Of a stretch of DNA of 56,755 nucleotides, positions 24,760-37,834 are shown piece after piece (position 1 is the stretch's first letter; every line of letters starts with the position of its first letter). The position numbers and the translations under genes are program-made. Below the pieces are notes generated by a model. That model ran no database searches, was not told where the DNA came from, and saw only the letters and a list, made by a program, of their open reading frames with translations. The stretch is from Chiloscyllium plagiosum (lineage: Eukaryota), in assembly GCF_004010195.1 (NCBI RefSeq), contig NC_057758.1, forward strand, positions 5,574,985-5,631,739, read 5' to 3'.

Positions 24760-27309
24760 CGGGTTTTGAGAAGATTTGTAGCTCAGGTTGAAATTCCGGA
24801 TATAGGTTTGCTCACTGAGCTGGACAGGTTCATGTTCAGACGTTTCGTCACCCTCAACCTGAGCTACAAATCTTCTTAAACTTCGCTGTCATCTGTAGGC
24901 GCAATATGCTAAAACTGGACCGAAAATGGGAAACGAAATCCATCTGGCAGAGTGTCACCTGCGAACAGCTGTTATTGCTGCACGAATGCCTAAGATAACA
25001 TGCACTGCCTAAACGTCTTAAATACAGACATCCCCATAGCATCCCTCGACCTGAAAGAATAGCAGAGCAAAGCTATCGCAGAATGCTCAGAGAAAGGAGT
25101 AATGATGTCCAGAACAGACTCCATAAATACAACGGCGAAATGTTGCACCAAAAAGTTTACTCACTCGTGCAACAGACCATGAATGGACAGACACAGTGCA
25201 AAAAGTCATAGTTATTAGATAGCGACAAACACAGAAAATGACAAAAGAAAAGACCTGCAAAATAAAACTGGACAAACGTTCACAAAATGAACAACACTGA
25301 CAACATAGAAGCATGGATAACCAAATTCTTAACAAGCACTGAAAAGGCCGTCTTAGTGTGAGAATTAAATTACAACTTCCAGGATTCGGACAAGAAAGAT
25401 TTATTTGCAACATTAGAAACAACACTGAAAGGCAACCAACTCACAGAAGAAACCTAGCAAATTATCAGACAGGTAGTCGGACCAACATTAAGTGGGGGAA
25501 AAAAGCAAGGTACCACACTCAATACATAAAAATGAAGGAACTCGATAGAGGAAACAAGGTAACAACATTATTATTCAATGTGCGATTTTATCCGATGTGC
25601 ACACTACCAGCAGATACCAACATTAACCAACAAGTGTCGATAGACCCGACCCCTCAATTAGCGAACAGATTAACATCCCTACTCAAAAAAGCTTCAGAAA
25701 TCTGGAGAAATAAATATGACCGACTTCAAAAAAAAAAGAAACCAAAGGATCCAGCACGAAATGCTTCTATTGATTAACCAAAATTCACAAACCTGGAACC
25801 CCCATCAGACCTGGAACACAATTTACAGATTTGGCCAAGGAGCTACACCAAAGACTAAAACACTTAGTAGAAGACTCACACCACTCCATCCACTCCACCC
25901 AAGAATTCTTGAAGACAGCCAAAGACAAGAACATGGAAGAGAATGAAACAATGGTCGGCTTTGATGTAATTGCCCTGTTCACATCACGCAACATCAACCT
26001 GGCCAAGGAAACGCTGCCTGCACCATGAGAAGACCCGAAGACACATACACCAAACTCCACAAACTTCATCAGCAAGGACAGTATCGGTAAGCTAATGGAC
26101 CTAGGCCTCCGACTTCACCTTCAACAACAGAAACTTCAGACAAACCAACGTAACACCCATGAGATATCCGACATCAGGATTCTTAGCAGGGACAGTGATG
26201 CAGAGAGTCGAACAAATTGCTCTTCCTACCATCCAACTCAAGCTTAATGTCCGCCAATGGATGACACCTTTGCCATCACTAAACGAAACAAATTAGAGGA
26301 AACCTTCAAGATAATCAATATTACTCTTACTGGCATATAATGCACTATTGACGAGGAAAACAACACCAAACTGCCTTTCCAAGATGTGCTAATAGAGTGA
26401 AAAGCCAATGGGGAACTTCAAACCACATCGACAGGAAAACAACATATATAGAACAAATATTAAACACAGAAGCAATCACCTCAACATCCATAAAAGAAGC
26501 TGCATCAGAACATTATTCCAACGTGCCACCACACCCTGCAGCACAGAGGAGCTACGCAGAGCAGAGGGAAATTACCTATACAGTGTATTCAAAAAGAAGA
26601 GGTACCCAATGAACACGATCCACAGACCTCTCAGCAACAAACGCAAACAAGTAGGCCAAACACGTCCGGAAACCGTAGACACGCTCCCCTACAAGGAAGA
26701 CATGTCGGAAATGACTTCGAGACTACTCAGACGCCTTGGCGTCATGTCAGCCCACAAACCCACCAACACACTAAAACAGTAGCTAATGAACTTGAAAGAC
26801 CCTATACAAACAACAAACAAAACTAAGTTCCTTTCCAAAATACAGTGCAACAACTGTAATAAACACTACATTGGACAAGCAGGGAGAAAACTGACCACCA
26901 CGATTCATGGACATCAACAAGCCAGAAAGCGACATGACCCTCTTCACTTGTATCCTTACATACAGATGAGGAAGTACACCACATTGACTGGGACAACTCA
27001 TCCATCCCAAGGCAAGCCCAAACAGAGACACGCACGAAAATTACGAGAAGCATGGAATTTCAACCGGATCTCTCTCAACAAACGCATTGCTTTGGACCCC
27101 ATTTACCACTCTCTGAGAAAAAGAACAGGAAAGGACATCACCACAAGAAATGACATCACCACAGGAAATGAAATCACTAACATAAAGGAACACAAACATA
27201 CACAAAATGCAGAAATCGTCAACATTGTTTTGTCCAGAGGCACACTGAAGATGTTATCTCGTCTGGAGAAAAAGCACCTGAACATGGGAGAGCGAGCAAG
27301 CCTACCTCC
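24760..27309 (+). mobile_element. Penelope-like element with inverted 5' pseudo-LTR (RT + GIY-YIG), disrupted
   Basis: Inverted repeat agaagatttgtagctcaggttga / tcaacctgagctacaaatcttct; RT 'MVGFDVIALFTS'; 'SNHLNIHKRSCIRTLFQRA'; GIY-YIG 'KIQCNNCNKHYIGQAGRKL...HQ'. Confidence 0.92.
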
Positions 27310-29254
27310 TGGTTTGAACATTACAGAAGGGATTCTCAGGTTTGAAGGTGATTGCCAAGTTTACCAAGAAAGTTTACTAAGACAGAAGGCGGCCATATTT
27401 ATGGAATTCGAACATAGATTAGAATTGAGTCTATCCAGGAACAAAATGAAAGCTGAATACGTAATTGAATTAGTCAAACACTTAAGTGTATCAGGGAAAC
27501 AGGCAAGTGCAGTTGTTTTAGAAAAGATTAAGATGTAACTGAGGCAAATGAACTTAGACAAAGAAACAGAGAGATAGAGAGATGGGTAAGGAAATGATCG
27601 ATAGAAAGATAGAGAACAGCAAGAGAGAATAGAGAGAGAGGAGAAACAAAGAGCGATGGTTCTTAGTCGAGCAAAGAGAGAGAGAGAAGGAGGAGAGAGA
27701 GTGGGAGAGAGAATTTGCACTTCAGAAGTTACGAAATTGTCAGGAAAGATACGTTAACAGAATTGAGTTGATCAGAGAAGGTAACAATCTCTATAAATAT
27801 ATTTAAATTGCCACATTTTGATGAGAATGATGTAAAAACCTTCTTTGGTTCGTTTGCAAACGTGACTTGGCATATGAAGTGGTCAGAGAACATGTGGGTA
27901 ATGATTATTCAGGCTAAGCTGGTCGGCAGAGCTAGTGAAGTATTTGCAGCTCTTTCAGATGAGGGATCACGTGTTTATGCAGATGACAAGCAGGCTACTT
28001 TGAGTGATTATGAATTGATACTAGAAACCAATAGGCATTGGTTCAGAAGGACAAAGGAGGAACCAGGTCAGATTTACATTGAGTTCGAAAGTATTTAACA
28101 TTTTAGTTTTCACACATAGATGCAGTATCTTAAAAATAGATAAGAGTTATGAGGATCTAAGAGAGATTATTCTTTTCGACATTTTTTTTAAACATTCAGT
28201 TCCAGAGATGATAAGAATTCACGTGGATGAACTGAACGTTCAAGAAATTAGCAGAGAGTCGGAGATGACAGATGTAAATGCATTGTTGCATAACGGAAAT
28301 GTTTGATTTCGGCAAGAATTTCATCCTGCGAGGGATAGAAATTGGGAGAAATGGAGATCCTCCACGACAAAACAAACATTAGAACACACTGGTATGAGTT
28401 TACCACAGGAGAAAAAAGAGGCCCAAGTCAGTGAGAAGGAGTTGAAAATTCGAGGTGTTTCCACTGTAATAATATGGGATATGTAAAGTTACAGTGCTTC
28501 TCATAAAAGACATTATCTTTGGGAAACGATTTGGGGAAGAGGCCTTTCCAGTGGCAGTAGTGAAAATAGTGAAGAAAATCCCAAGAGATATCGAGGAGCT
28601 GCAGGAGAATGCACAGCGTCGGCAGAGGCATTATTTGAGGTCCTGCCTAATCACCATAAAGACTGCAACTTCGGGATAAAGATTATTCAGAAAGAACAGG
28701 GATGGAGGGAAAGAGATATAATTTTGAGTAATACATGATCTGTTCAGACTCTAAAAGTAAGAGATGAACACGTACAATCTTTCCGACCTGTAACCTGAGA
28801 GAGTGGTAATTTGTTGTATAGACGTACAGTAATATAGCGTTGCCCTATGTAAGATCAGGTTGGAATGCCAACAAAAGACTGATGAATTAACAGTGGGAAT
28901 GAGTGACAGAGTGTCGGTTCCAACAATGCAATTTCTTGTTGTGAACGATGTTTTAGGATCACTGATGGGAGTGGCAGTACTTATTGTGGTGAAGTCAAAG
29001 AAAGACCAGAGAACTTAGGAGTAAAAAGAAAAATAAACTAGAAATCTGCCAGCCTGTCTATGAACCAAATCCAACAATCATAATTCACTGGAGGAAACAA
29101 AAACTAAACAGAAATACGACAGGATTTCAGTGTTAGTTTGCGGACACATTGCCTGATATAATGGTGCAGGAAAAACCTGAACAGGCAGAGGGTGAGACAG
29201 AAGTGTTGAGGCCTTAAAGGCTGTTGGACTTACATCAGAAAAACAGTGCAATGA

Positions 29255-29318
<64 letters not shown>

Positions 29319-29350
29319 CCATCACAGAAAATGATTCAGATTGTAGTATT
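27310..29350 (+). mobile_element. Gmr1-like Ty3/Gypsy gag (SCAN + CCHC) and protease, decayed and truncated
   Basis: 'PHFDENDVKTFF...LVGRASEVFAALS', 'YEDLREIILFD...PEMIRIHV', zinc knuckle 'RCFHCNNMGYVKLQC' (~28452-28500), protease-like 'IILSNT*SVQTL' (~28718-28755). Confidence 0.85.
29258..29316. repeat. (TG)n microsatellite
   Basis: Perfect dinucleotide run. Confidence 0.98.
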
Positions 29351-29355
29351 GAGTG

Positions 29356-32300
29356 GTTTAAGCACCCATCCATGTACTTATCCAATTGCCGCTTAAATGT
29401 CGCCAATGATTCTGACTCTGCCACTCCCACAAGCAGCGCATTCCATGCCCCCACCACTCTCTGGGTAATGAACATACTCCTGACATCCCCCCTATACCTT
29501 CCACCCTTCACCATAAATTTATGTCCCCTTTTAACACTCTGTTGTCCCCGGGGAAAAAAGTTTCTGACTGTCTACTCTATCTATTCCTCTGATCATCTTA
29601 TATACCTCTATCAAGTCACCTCTCATCCTTCGCCGTTCCAATGAGAAAAGGCCTAGCACTCTCAACCTATCCACGTACGACCGATTCGCCATTCCAGGCA
29701 ACATCCTGGTAAATCTTCTCTGCATCCTCTCCAAAGCATCCACATGTTTCCTAAAGTGAGGCGACCAGAACTGCACAGAGTACTCCAAATGTGGCCTAAC
29801 CAAGGTCCTGTACAGCTGCACCATCACTTCACGACTCTTGAATTCAATCCCTCTGTTAATGAACGCTAGTTCACCATAGGCCTTCTGACAAGCTCTATGC
29901 ACCTGAGTGGCAACTTTCAAAGATAAACTATCGACTCTATCTATGCCTCTCATTATCTTGTATACCTCAATTCGGTCCCCCTCCTCCTCCTTTTCTACAA
30001 TGAAAAAAGTCTGAGCTCAGCCAACCTCTCTTCATAAGATAAACCCTCCAGTTCAGGCAGCATTCTGGTAAACCTCCTCTGAACCATCTCCAAAGCATCC
30101 ATATCTTTTCTATAATAGGGCGACCAGAACAGGACACAGTATTCCAAGTGCGGTCTAACCTAATTTTTATGCAGCTCACGACTCTTAAACTCAATCCCCC
30201 TGTTAATGAAAGCCAAAACACCATATGCTTTCTTAACAAACCTGTCCACTTGGGTGGCCATTTTAAGGGATCGATGCACCTGCACCCCAAGATCCCTCTG
30301 TTCCTCCACACTGCCAAGAATCCTATCCTTAATCCTGTACTCAGCTTTCAAAATCGACCTTCCAAAATGCATCACCTCGCATTTAACCAGGTTGAACTCC
30401 ATCTGCCACCTCTCAGCCCATCTCTGCATCCTTTAAATGTCTCGCTGCAGTCTACAACAGCCTTCTATACTGTCAATGACACCTCCAACCTTTGTGCCGT
30501 CTGCAAACTTGCTGACCCATCCTTCAATCCCCTCATCCAAGTCATTAATAAAAATTGCAAACAGGAGAGGCCCAAGGATAGAGCCCTGTGGAACACCACT
30601 CACCACTGACGTCCAGGCAGAATATTTTACTTCTACTACCACTCACTGTCTTCTGTTGGCCAACCAATTCTGTATCGAGACAGCTAAGTTCCCCCATATC
30701 CCATTCCACCTGACCTTCTGAATGAGGTTACCACGGGGAACCTTATCAAATGCCTTGCTAAAGTCCATATACACCACATCCACAGGTCGACCCTCATCAA
30801 CTTTTCTAGTCATATCCTCAAATAACTCGATAAGGTTTGTGAGGCATGACTGCCCCTCACAAAGCCGTGTTGACTGTATTTAATCAAGCCATGCTCTTAC
30901 AGATGGTCATAAATCCTATCCCTCAGAATCCTTTCCAACACCTTGCAGACGACAGACGTGAGACTTACTGGTCTGTAATTCCCGGGGATTTCCCTATTTC
31001 CTTTCTTGAAGAGAGGAATTACATTTGCCTCTCTACAGTCCTCAGGTATATCTCCAGTGGAGAGCGAGAATGCAAATATCTTGGCAAGTGGAGAAGCAAT
31101 TGCATTTCTCGTTCCCAAAGCAGCCGAGGACAAATCTGGTCCGGGCCTGGCGACTTGTCAGTCTTAATGTTTGACTAAAGTTTCAGCACATCAGCTTACT
31201 CGATCTCTATCCATGCCAGCATACACACCTGCTGTTCAAACATTTTCATTCACTACAAAGTTCGTTTCTTTCGTCAAGACAGAAGCAAAAATCTAATTTA
31301 GGGCTCCCCTGCCTCCTCGGACTCCACACACAAGTTCCCTATGCTATCCCTGATCGGCCCTACTCTTTCTTTGACCATTCTCTTATTCCTCACGCAAGTG
31401 TAAAATGCCTTTGTGTTCTCCGTAATCCGTTCTGCCAAGCCTTTCTCGTGCCTCCTCCTGGCTCTCCTCAGACCATTTTTGAGCTCATTCCTCGCCTGCC
31501 TGTAATCCTCTAGAGCTGAGCTTGACCCCAGCTTCCTCCACCTTATGTACGCTACCTCCTTTTTTTTGACGTGACGCTCCACCGCTCTCGTCATCCAAGG
31601 TTCCTTTATCTTACCCCTTCTTGCCTGTCTCAAAGGGACATATTTATCCATCACTCGCGACAACTGTTCCTTAAACAGTCTCCACATGTCTATAGTGCCT
31701 TTACCATCGAACAATTGCTCCCAATCCATGCTTCCTAACTCATGTCTAATCGCATCATAGTTTCCTCTTCCCCAATTAAATATCCTTCCATTTTGCTTAA
31801 TCCTCTCATTCTCCATAGCTATGTAGAATGTGAGGCAGTTGTGGTCACTATCAGCAAAATTCTCTCCTACCACAAGATCTGATACCTGCCCGGGCTCTTT
31901 TCCGAGCACCAAGTCTGGAATAGCCTCTCCCCTCGTCGGTCTGTCAATGTACCGAGTTAGGAAACCCTTCTGAACCTACCTTACAAAAACAGCACCATTC
32001 AAATCTTCTGCTCGAAGGAGGTTCCAATCAATATTGGGAAAGTTAAAGAGACCCATTACAACAACCGCACTAAGTCCACACGTTTCCAAAATCTGCCGAC
32101 CTATGCTTTCTACAATGTCCCTGCTGTATTGGGGGGCCTGTAAAAAACTCCTAACGAGGTGACTGCTCCCTTGCTGTTCCTAATTTCCACCCATACTGAC
32201 TAGTAGGCAGATCTTCCTCGACAATGGAATCTTCCGTAGCTGTGATACCCTCTCTGATTAGTAGTGCTACATCCCCTCCTCTTTTTCCCCCTCCTTATTC

Positions 32301-33460
32301 TTTTTAAATGCTCTAAACCCTGAAACATCCAGCAACCATTCCTGCCCCTGAGAAACCCATGTCTGTGTTATGGCCACAGCATCATAGCACCAGGTACTGA
32401 TCCATGTTCCAAGTTAGTCACTTTTATTCCTGATATTCCTTGCGTTAAAACTAACACACTTTAACTGATTCCTTGGTTCCTTTCCAGGAAAACCCTTCCC
32501 ACTAGCTGGTCTACCTCTTGCTATTGCCTCATCTGCATCAACTCTCATCTCCGGTACACAGTTCAGGTTCCCATCCCCTGCCATAGTAGTATAAAACCTC
32601 TCGAACTACTCGATTAAACCTTCCACCCAGGACATTGGTCCCCTTCCAGTTCAAATGCAAACCGTCCTTCTTGTACAGGTCCCACCTTCCCCAGAAGGCA
32701 TCCCAATTATCTACATATCTGAAGCCCTCCTTATTACACCAGCTCCGCAGCCACGTGTTAGGCTGCGCCCGCTCCCTGTTCCTCGCCTTGTTATCTCGTG
32801 GCACTGGTAGCAAATTAGAGAACACTACTCTGTTCGTCTGGCTTTGCAGCATCCATCCAAACACCCTGAAATCACGTTTTATATCCTCAATCCTTTTTCT
32901 GGCTCTATCATTAGTGCCAATATGTAACACGATTTCTGGCTGTTCGCTCTTCCATTTTAGAACCTTATACACCCAATCGGAGACATCGTGGACCCTGGCA
33001 CCAGGGAGGCAACATACCTTCCGGGAATCCCGATCCTGACCACAAAATCTCCTGTCGATTTTTTATATTATCGAGTCCCCTACAACGAATACTTTTCTAT
33101 TCTGCCCCCTTCCATTCTTTGCCACAGTGTCAGGCTCAGTGCCAGAGAACTGACGACTATGGTTTTCCTCTGGTAGGTCATCACCCCCAGCAATATCCAA
33201 AACGGTATACTTATTGCTGAGGGTAATGTCCACAGGGTATCTCTGCACTGCCTGTCTGTCCCCTTTCCTCCCACTAACTGTAACCCATCTATAATTGTCC
33301 TGAGCCTTGGGAGTGACCAACTCCCGGTAACTCCTCTCAATTACGCCCTCATCCAGATACAGCTCCAATTCCCTAACACGGTTTTCAAGGAGCTAGAGTT
33401 GGGTGCATTTCCCGCAGTGGTAGCCAGCGGAGACGTGTGCCATGTCTCCCACTTGCCACA
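29356..33460 (-). mobile_element. Composite CR1/HER1 LINE: near-complete ORF1+ORF2 (29925-33460) with a second RT C-terminal segment appended (29356-29924)
   Basis: ORF1 'VFVVGDSII', 'VLHIGTND', 'KDGLHLN' and N-terminal 'YHCGKC'; ORF2 'DSDHN', 'NYRPVSLTSVVCK', 'SGVPQGS', 'KFADGTK'; the RPHLEY-to-C-terminus region is present twice in tandem. Confidence 0.93.
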
Positions 33461-33607
33461 TTATAGAATCATCTGAAATCTCACATAGAGGGCTCATCCG
33501 AGGAGCACAGTGTAAGGTGGGGGAAACAATGGTTTTCATCCTTGCAACCTTGATGCCGCTGGAAACTTTTGTTTCCAACAAAATACATCATATTTTTCTT
33601 TTACCGG

Positions 33608-33920
33608 ATACATCTGTGAGTGAAGAGTCTGCTACAATAATGATTGGCGCGGGGATGTCCATTCAGCCTGTCTAACGTCTACTGACATGTAAGTGAAACA
33701 TGGTTGAGCAGTGTGGTCGTACCATCAGCAAATCGTAGTCCCAGGATTTGTAAAAAAAATCATCCTTTCCAGACGGAAATCTATCAATCAGAGTGTGAAG
33801 TATTTTCAAAAGATGATTTACACGATCATTTTCAATAGAGTAGCAAAAACGATCTATCCTTAGTCCCCTTGTATCTCCTTCCAACATGCAGCATTTGGGG
33901 GATGATTTCCATCAATACAA
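33608..33920 (+). pseudogene. Possible decayed Ig V-like exon
   Basis: Mutated acceptor (ttttcttttaccgg); 'IMIGAGMSIQ/CLTSTDM*VKHG*AVWSYH' with Cys-Trp spacing of 15; later 'PCISFQHAA'. Confidence 0.35.

Positions 33921-33922
<2 letters not shown>

Positions 33923-33990
<68 letters not shown>
33923..33990. repeat. (TG)n microsatellite abutting a gap
   Basis: Perfect dinucleotide run. Confidence 0.98.
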
Positions 33991-34982
33991 NNNNNNNNNN
34001 NNNNNNNNNNNNNNNNNNNNNNNNNNNNNNNNNNNNNNNNNNNNNNNNNNNNNNNNNNNNNNNNNNNNNNNNNNNNNNNNNNNNNNNNNNNNNNNNNNNN
34101 NNNNNNNNNNNNNNNNNNNNNNNNNNNNNNNNNNNNNNNNNNNNNNNNNNNNNNNNNNNNNNNNNNNNNNNNNNNNNNNNNNNNNNNNNNNNNNNNNNNN
34201 NNNNNNNNNNNNNNNNNNNNNNNNNNNNNNNNNNNNNNNNNNNNNNNNNNNNNNNNNNNNNNNNNNNNNNNNNNNNNNNNNNNNNNNNNNNNNNNNNNNN
34301 NNNNNNNNNNNNNNNNNNNNNNNNNNNNNNNNNNNNNNNNNNNNNNNNNNNNNNNNNNNNNNNNNNNNNNNNNNNNNNNNNNNNNNNNNNNNNNNNNNNN
34401 NNNNNNNNNNNNNNNNNNNNNNNNNNNNNNNNNNNNNNNNNNNNNNNNNNNNNNNNNNNNNNNNNNNNNNNNNNNNNNNNNNNNNNNNNNNNNNNNNNNN
34501 NNNNNNNNNNNNNNNNNNNNNNNNNNNNNNNNNNNNNNNNNNNNNNNNNNNNNNNNNNNNNNNNNNNNNNNNNNNNNNNNNNNNNNNNNNNNNNNNNNNN
34601 NNNNNNNNNNNNNNNNNNNNNNNNNNNNNNNNNNNNNNNNNNNNNNNNNNNNNNNNNNNNNNNNNNNNNNNNNNNNNNNNNNNNNNNNNNNNNNNNNNNN
34701 NNNNNNNNNNNNNNNNNNNNNNNNNNNNNNNNNNNNNNNNNNNNNNNNNNNNNNNNNNNNNNNNNNNNNNNNNNNNNNNNNNNNNNNNNNNNNNNNNNNN
34801 NNNNNNNNNNNNNNNNNNNNNNNNNNNNNNNNNNNNNNNNNNNNNNNNNNNNNNNNNNNNNNNNNNNNNNNNNNNNNNNNNNNNNNNNNNNNNNNNNNNN
34901 NNNNNNNNNNNNNNNNNNNNNNNNNNNNNNNNNNNNNNNNNNNNNNNNNNNNNNNNNNNNNNNNNNNNNNNNNNNNNNNNNN
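33991..34982. other. Assembly gap (N run)
   Basis: Run of N. Confidence 1.
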
Positions 34983-35232
34983 GCTTGTGTGCTCATATCC
35001 AATCCTTCCCCACTTTTGAGCATTCAGAATGGATCAATAAGACACCGAGAAAGAGGAAGAGATCGATTGACAGGCACTGTCCTCAATATTTATTGCCAGT
35101 TTGACAGATGGCAGGGTAATAAGTCGGTAGGAGTCTTGAGTGCCAAGGTAAGCTGTGTAAAAATGGAATGCATGGGAGCTGGGACTGCCATCTCCCCGAT
35201 CTCACCATATCCATGCCATTGCACTTCCACAG

Positions 35233-35900
35233 ATGGAAGATGGAGCATCTGGGTCATCAGCAGATCCAACATCACCAACTCCTTCGCCCGGCAACAATGG
35301 GTGCCCTGGTAGCATTTGGCTCTGATCTTCAGCTCGTCCCTTCGACAGGTCTGCTCTCGGCACAGGCCTCTCGACACTTCACATGTGGCTCCAGTGTCTG
35401 CGAACGAAACCAGCGAGGCCGATGATTAACCAGGATTCTTCTCAACCCACTCGCACACCACGTCAGCATTACTGATGATGAAACCTGAACAGCTGGGAGT
35501 GGGAGCCAATATGCTCATGGGGATCGCGCACGTGAGACTTTCATCTCTGCAAACAAACACCCATGAAAAGTTTTTGACTCTGCATCTTTTTTCTAGGTTC
35601 GGACAGAGTGCGGATGCGAGGCATTTGGAGTCTACCAATACGCCCAGAAAATAAACCTCCATCCCTGCTCCACAGAGCGCCGACAAATCTGTGTCTCTGA
35701 CTTGCTCTGTTCTAAAGCTCCAACGCGGATATCGAATTCAATGATTGCTGTCAATTCACACAGGCTGTACCTGAACGGTAGGATGTGCAAGCATATGTGG
35801 GTGGATGCTAGAAAGAGTTTTTATTTTGTAGTTTTAACGGCATCAAGTGTGTGGGTTGCAAGTGGGAAATTGATATTGAGTGAGATGATCACCTTTTAGC
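35233..35900 (+). pseudogene. Possible decayed two-Ig-domain exon
   Basis: cacttccacag acceptor; 'GALVAFGSDLQLVP', 'EAFGVY', 'ADKSVSLTCSVLKLQRGYRIQ*' (B-strand Cys, TGA at the expected Trp) and 'KSFYFVVL'. Confidence 0.4.
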
Positions 35901-35952
35901 ATATTGAGGTACGGAATCGGCCGACTCCTGCTCTTAGGTCATATGTTTCTGG

Positions 35953-35955
<3 letters not shown>

Positions 35956-36013
<58 letters not shown>
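35956..36013. repeat. (TG)n microsatellite
   Basis: Perfect dinucleotide run. Confidence 0.98.
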
Positions 36014-36016
<3 letters not shown>

Positions 36017-36061
36017 CTCTCTCGCTGTGTGTCTATTTGTTTGTTTCTCTTGTCCACAAAG

Positions 36062-36510
36062 CCTCAGTGCCAAGCTAGGAAAAGGCACTATCAGAGAGCG
36101 GACTGATAGGGAATGGAGGGTGCCTGGGGCCAGCGAGGCTGTGTGAAATCAGCTGAAACCAGCAGTGTCCTTTCAATCCGAGAGCCAGACTTTCGATAAC
36201 CTCCCACCCACATGCCCCCACGCGGTAGCGACTCACATTGGTCGATGAATTTCCTCCGTGGCAAAAGACCGGCCCGAGACAGAAACAGGGCCAGGAGTTC
36301 AAGCAGGAGGAATAGGAATACTCCCTTCATCCTGTGGTCAACTCCTCTGAGATTGGAGAGGGCAGAGCGAATCTGACACCGTTTACAAACCTACTTCCAT
36401 GGGAATGGTCTCTCACAGTCCCACGCCAAGTGGCAAGCGAGAGCCGGGACCTTCGAATCTGGTAATAGAAAGATAGTAGGAACAATCGGACTGTCCATAT
36501 CGGCAAAGGC
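36062..36510 (+). pseudogene. Possible decayed Ig exon
   Basis: GC-richer island between low-complexity tracts; 'NLPPTCPH' and 'HRLQTYFHGNGLS...ARAGTFESG...GTIGLSIS'. Confidence 0.25.
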
Positions 36511-36514
36511 TCCC

Positions 36515-37330
36515 AACGTCTCTCTCTGTCTCTCATTTTGTTTCTGTCTTGTCCTCATACTGTCAATCGTGTTTCTATTTCACTCTCACTATGTCATTCT
36601 TATGTTTCTCACTCTCTGTCTTTCTCTCACCTTTTGACTCCCTCTTTTATTGCTCACTCTCTCTGGCTGTCACCCCCTCTTTTTTTTTCTTACTGTGCCT
36701 GTACCTCTGTCTTGCTGTCTCACACATTCTCATCTTTCTCACTCTGTCATTCTATCTTGCTCTGTTTGTATGTCCCTGCCTTTCTGACATTCAATCACTC
36801 ATTTCTCTCATAATTTCTCTTTTCTCTCATATATTGCTGAATCTTTGTCTTTCACAGTCTCTCTGGCACTCTTGCTGTCACTCCCTCTACAACTATGTTT
36901 AGTTCTGTATGTATTTCTCATTCTCTCATCTCTTTCCCTGTTGCTTCTCACAGTTACTCACACTGATTCAATCACTTTCTCTCAACTCAGTCCCACTTAC
37001 TATGTAACAATCTGAGTCGCTTCTTTTCACTTCCCGCTTCTCACTCTCTCTGCATTCCTTGTATCTTTGACTTTCTGTGTCTGTCATTCTTCCCGTAGTT
37101 TCTTACTCTCTCAAACGTTCTGTCTTTCTGTCGTGCTCTTTGTTTCGCTGTCTGGCTCTCTACAATTCTCTCATTCTCTCTCATTCCTCTCTGACGTTCA
37201 CACACACTTTTTTTTTGCTATCGATCTCTTTCTGTCTCTGTCTGTCACTTTTTCACTGTTGCTGTCTGGTTTATTTGTCGACAGCCTTCACACGCATTTG
37301 CACTTCTGATTTCGGATTCGGCTCTCACTG
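36515..37330. repeat. CT-rich low-complexity tract (intron-like)
   Basis: Degenerate (CT)n/(TCTG)n over ~800 bp. Confidence 0.8.
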
Positions 37331-37342
37331 ATTTTTTTCCAG

Positions 37343-37650
37343 TAGATTTTCCTATGAAACATTTTCCTTGCTCATACGTCAGGAGTGTATCCCCTGCTTC
37401 ACCCTCTTTACTGTGAAGTGCACGGCCCGTGTTTGAGCGTTCGTCTTGGTTGGTGCTGTTCAGCGCCGAGATATTGTGAGAAGCGATTCTGTACATAGAC
37501 CGTCCTAATTCCCTGGAGCGGACGTATTCTGAATCGAACAGCCCTACAACAAGATGTTTAGAGTGTCCTCCTTCCTTGGAAGGAACTCAGCAGGCTGAAT
37601 CCGTCATCACGTTAAATCATTAACCTGTGTACTCACCCTTCGATACAACC
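37343..37650 (+). pseudogene. Possible decayed Ig exon
   Basis: Strong acceptor (ctcactgatttttttccag); phase-1 translation 'YVRSVSPASPSLL*SARPVFERSSW' has TGA at the likely Cys, 11 residues before Trp. Confidence 0.3.
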
Positions 37651-37834
37651 TGAGCTTGCTCCACCTCACTGAATCGCTTTCCCAGACTCTGTCGAAATTT
37701 CACCACCTTCTTCACTGAGTGATACTGCTAATCATATTCCCCAATCCCACAGTGCGTCAGAGAAATGACTATTCCAAAGTTTCTGTGCAGAATCTCGATG
37801 CTGGAGAAGCAGAATACTGAATAGCGTGGACTGA

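Larger units (their letters stand above)
22844..29350. repeat. Right arm of the large inverted segmental duplication
   Basis: Reverse complement of 13620-19792, plus ~320 extra bp (28992-29308). Confidence 0.95.

Noticed and set aside
26786..27538. 250-aa ORF joining GIY-YIG to gag N-terminus as a possible novel fusion gene
   Set aside because: Read-through across the Penelope/gag junction; the GIY-YIG part drifts out of frame and the mirror copy in the left arm is not open.
33570..33625. Minus-strand 'YPVKEKYDVFCW' resembling a Link module end
   Set aside because: No other Link-module cysteines or GW motif upstream; the plus-strand Ig reading fits better.
33860..35312. Long ORFs in the ORF track (also 2654-3427, 21231-22948, 39531-40314)
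   Set aside because: Artefacts of reading through N gaps and (TG)n.
36538..37331. Hydrophobic S/L/F-rich ORFs resembling membrane proteins (also 356-658)
   Set aside because: Translation of CT-rich low-complexity DNA.
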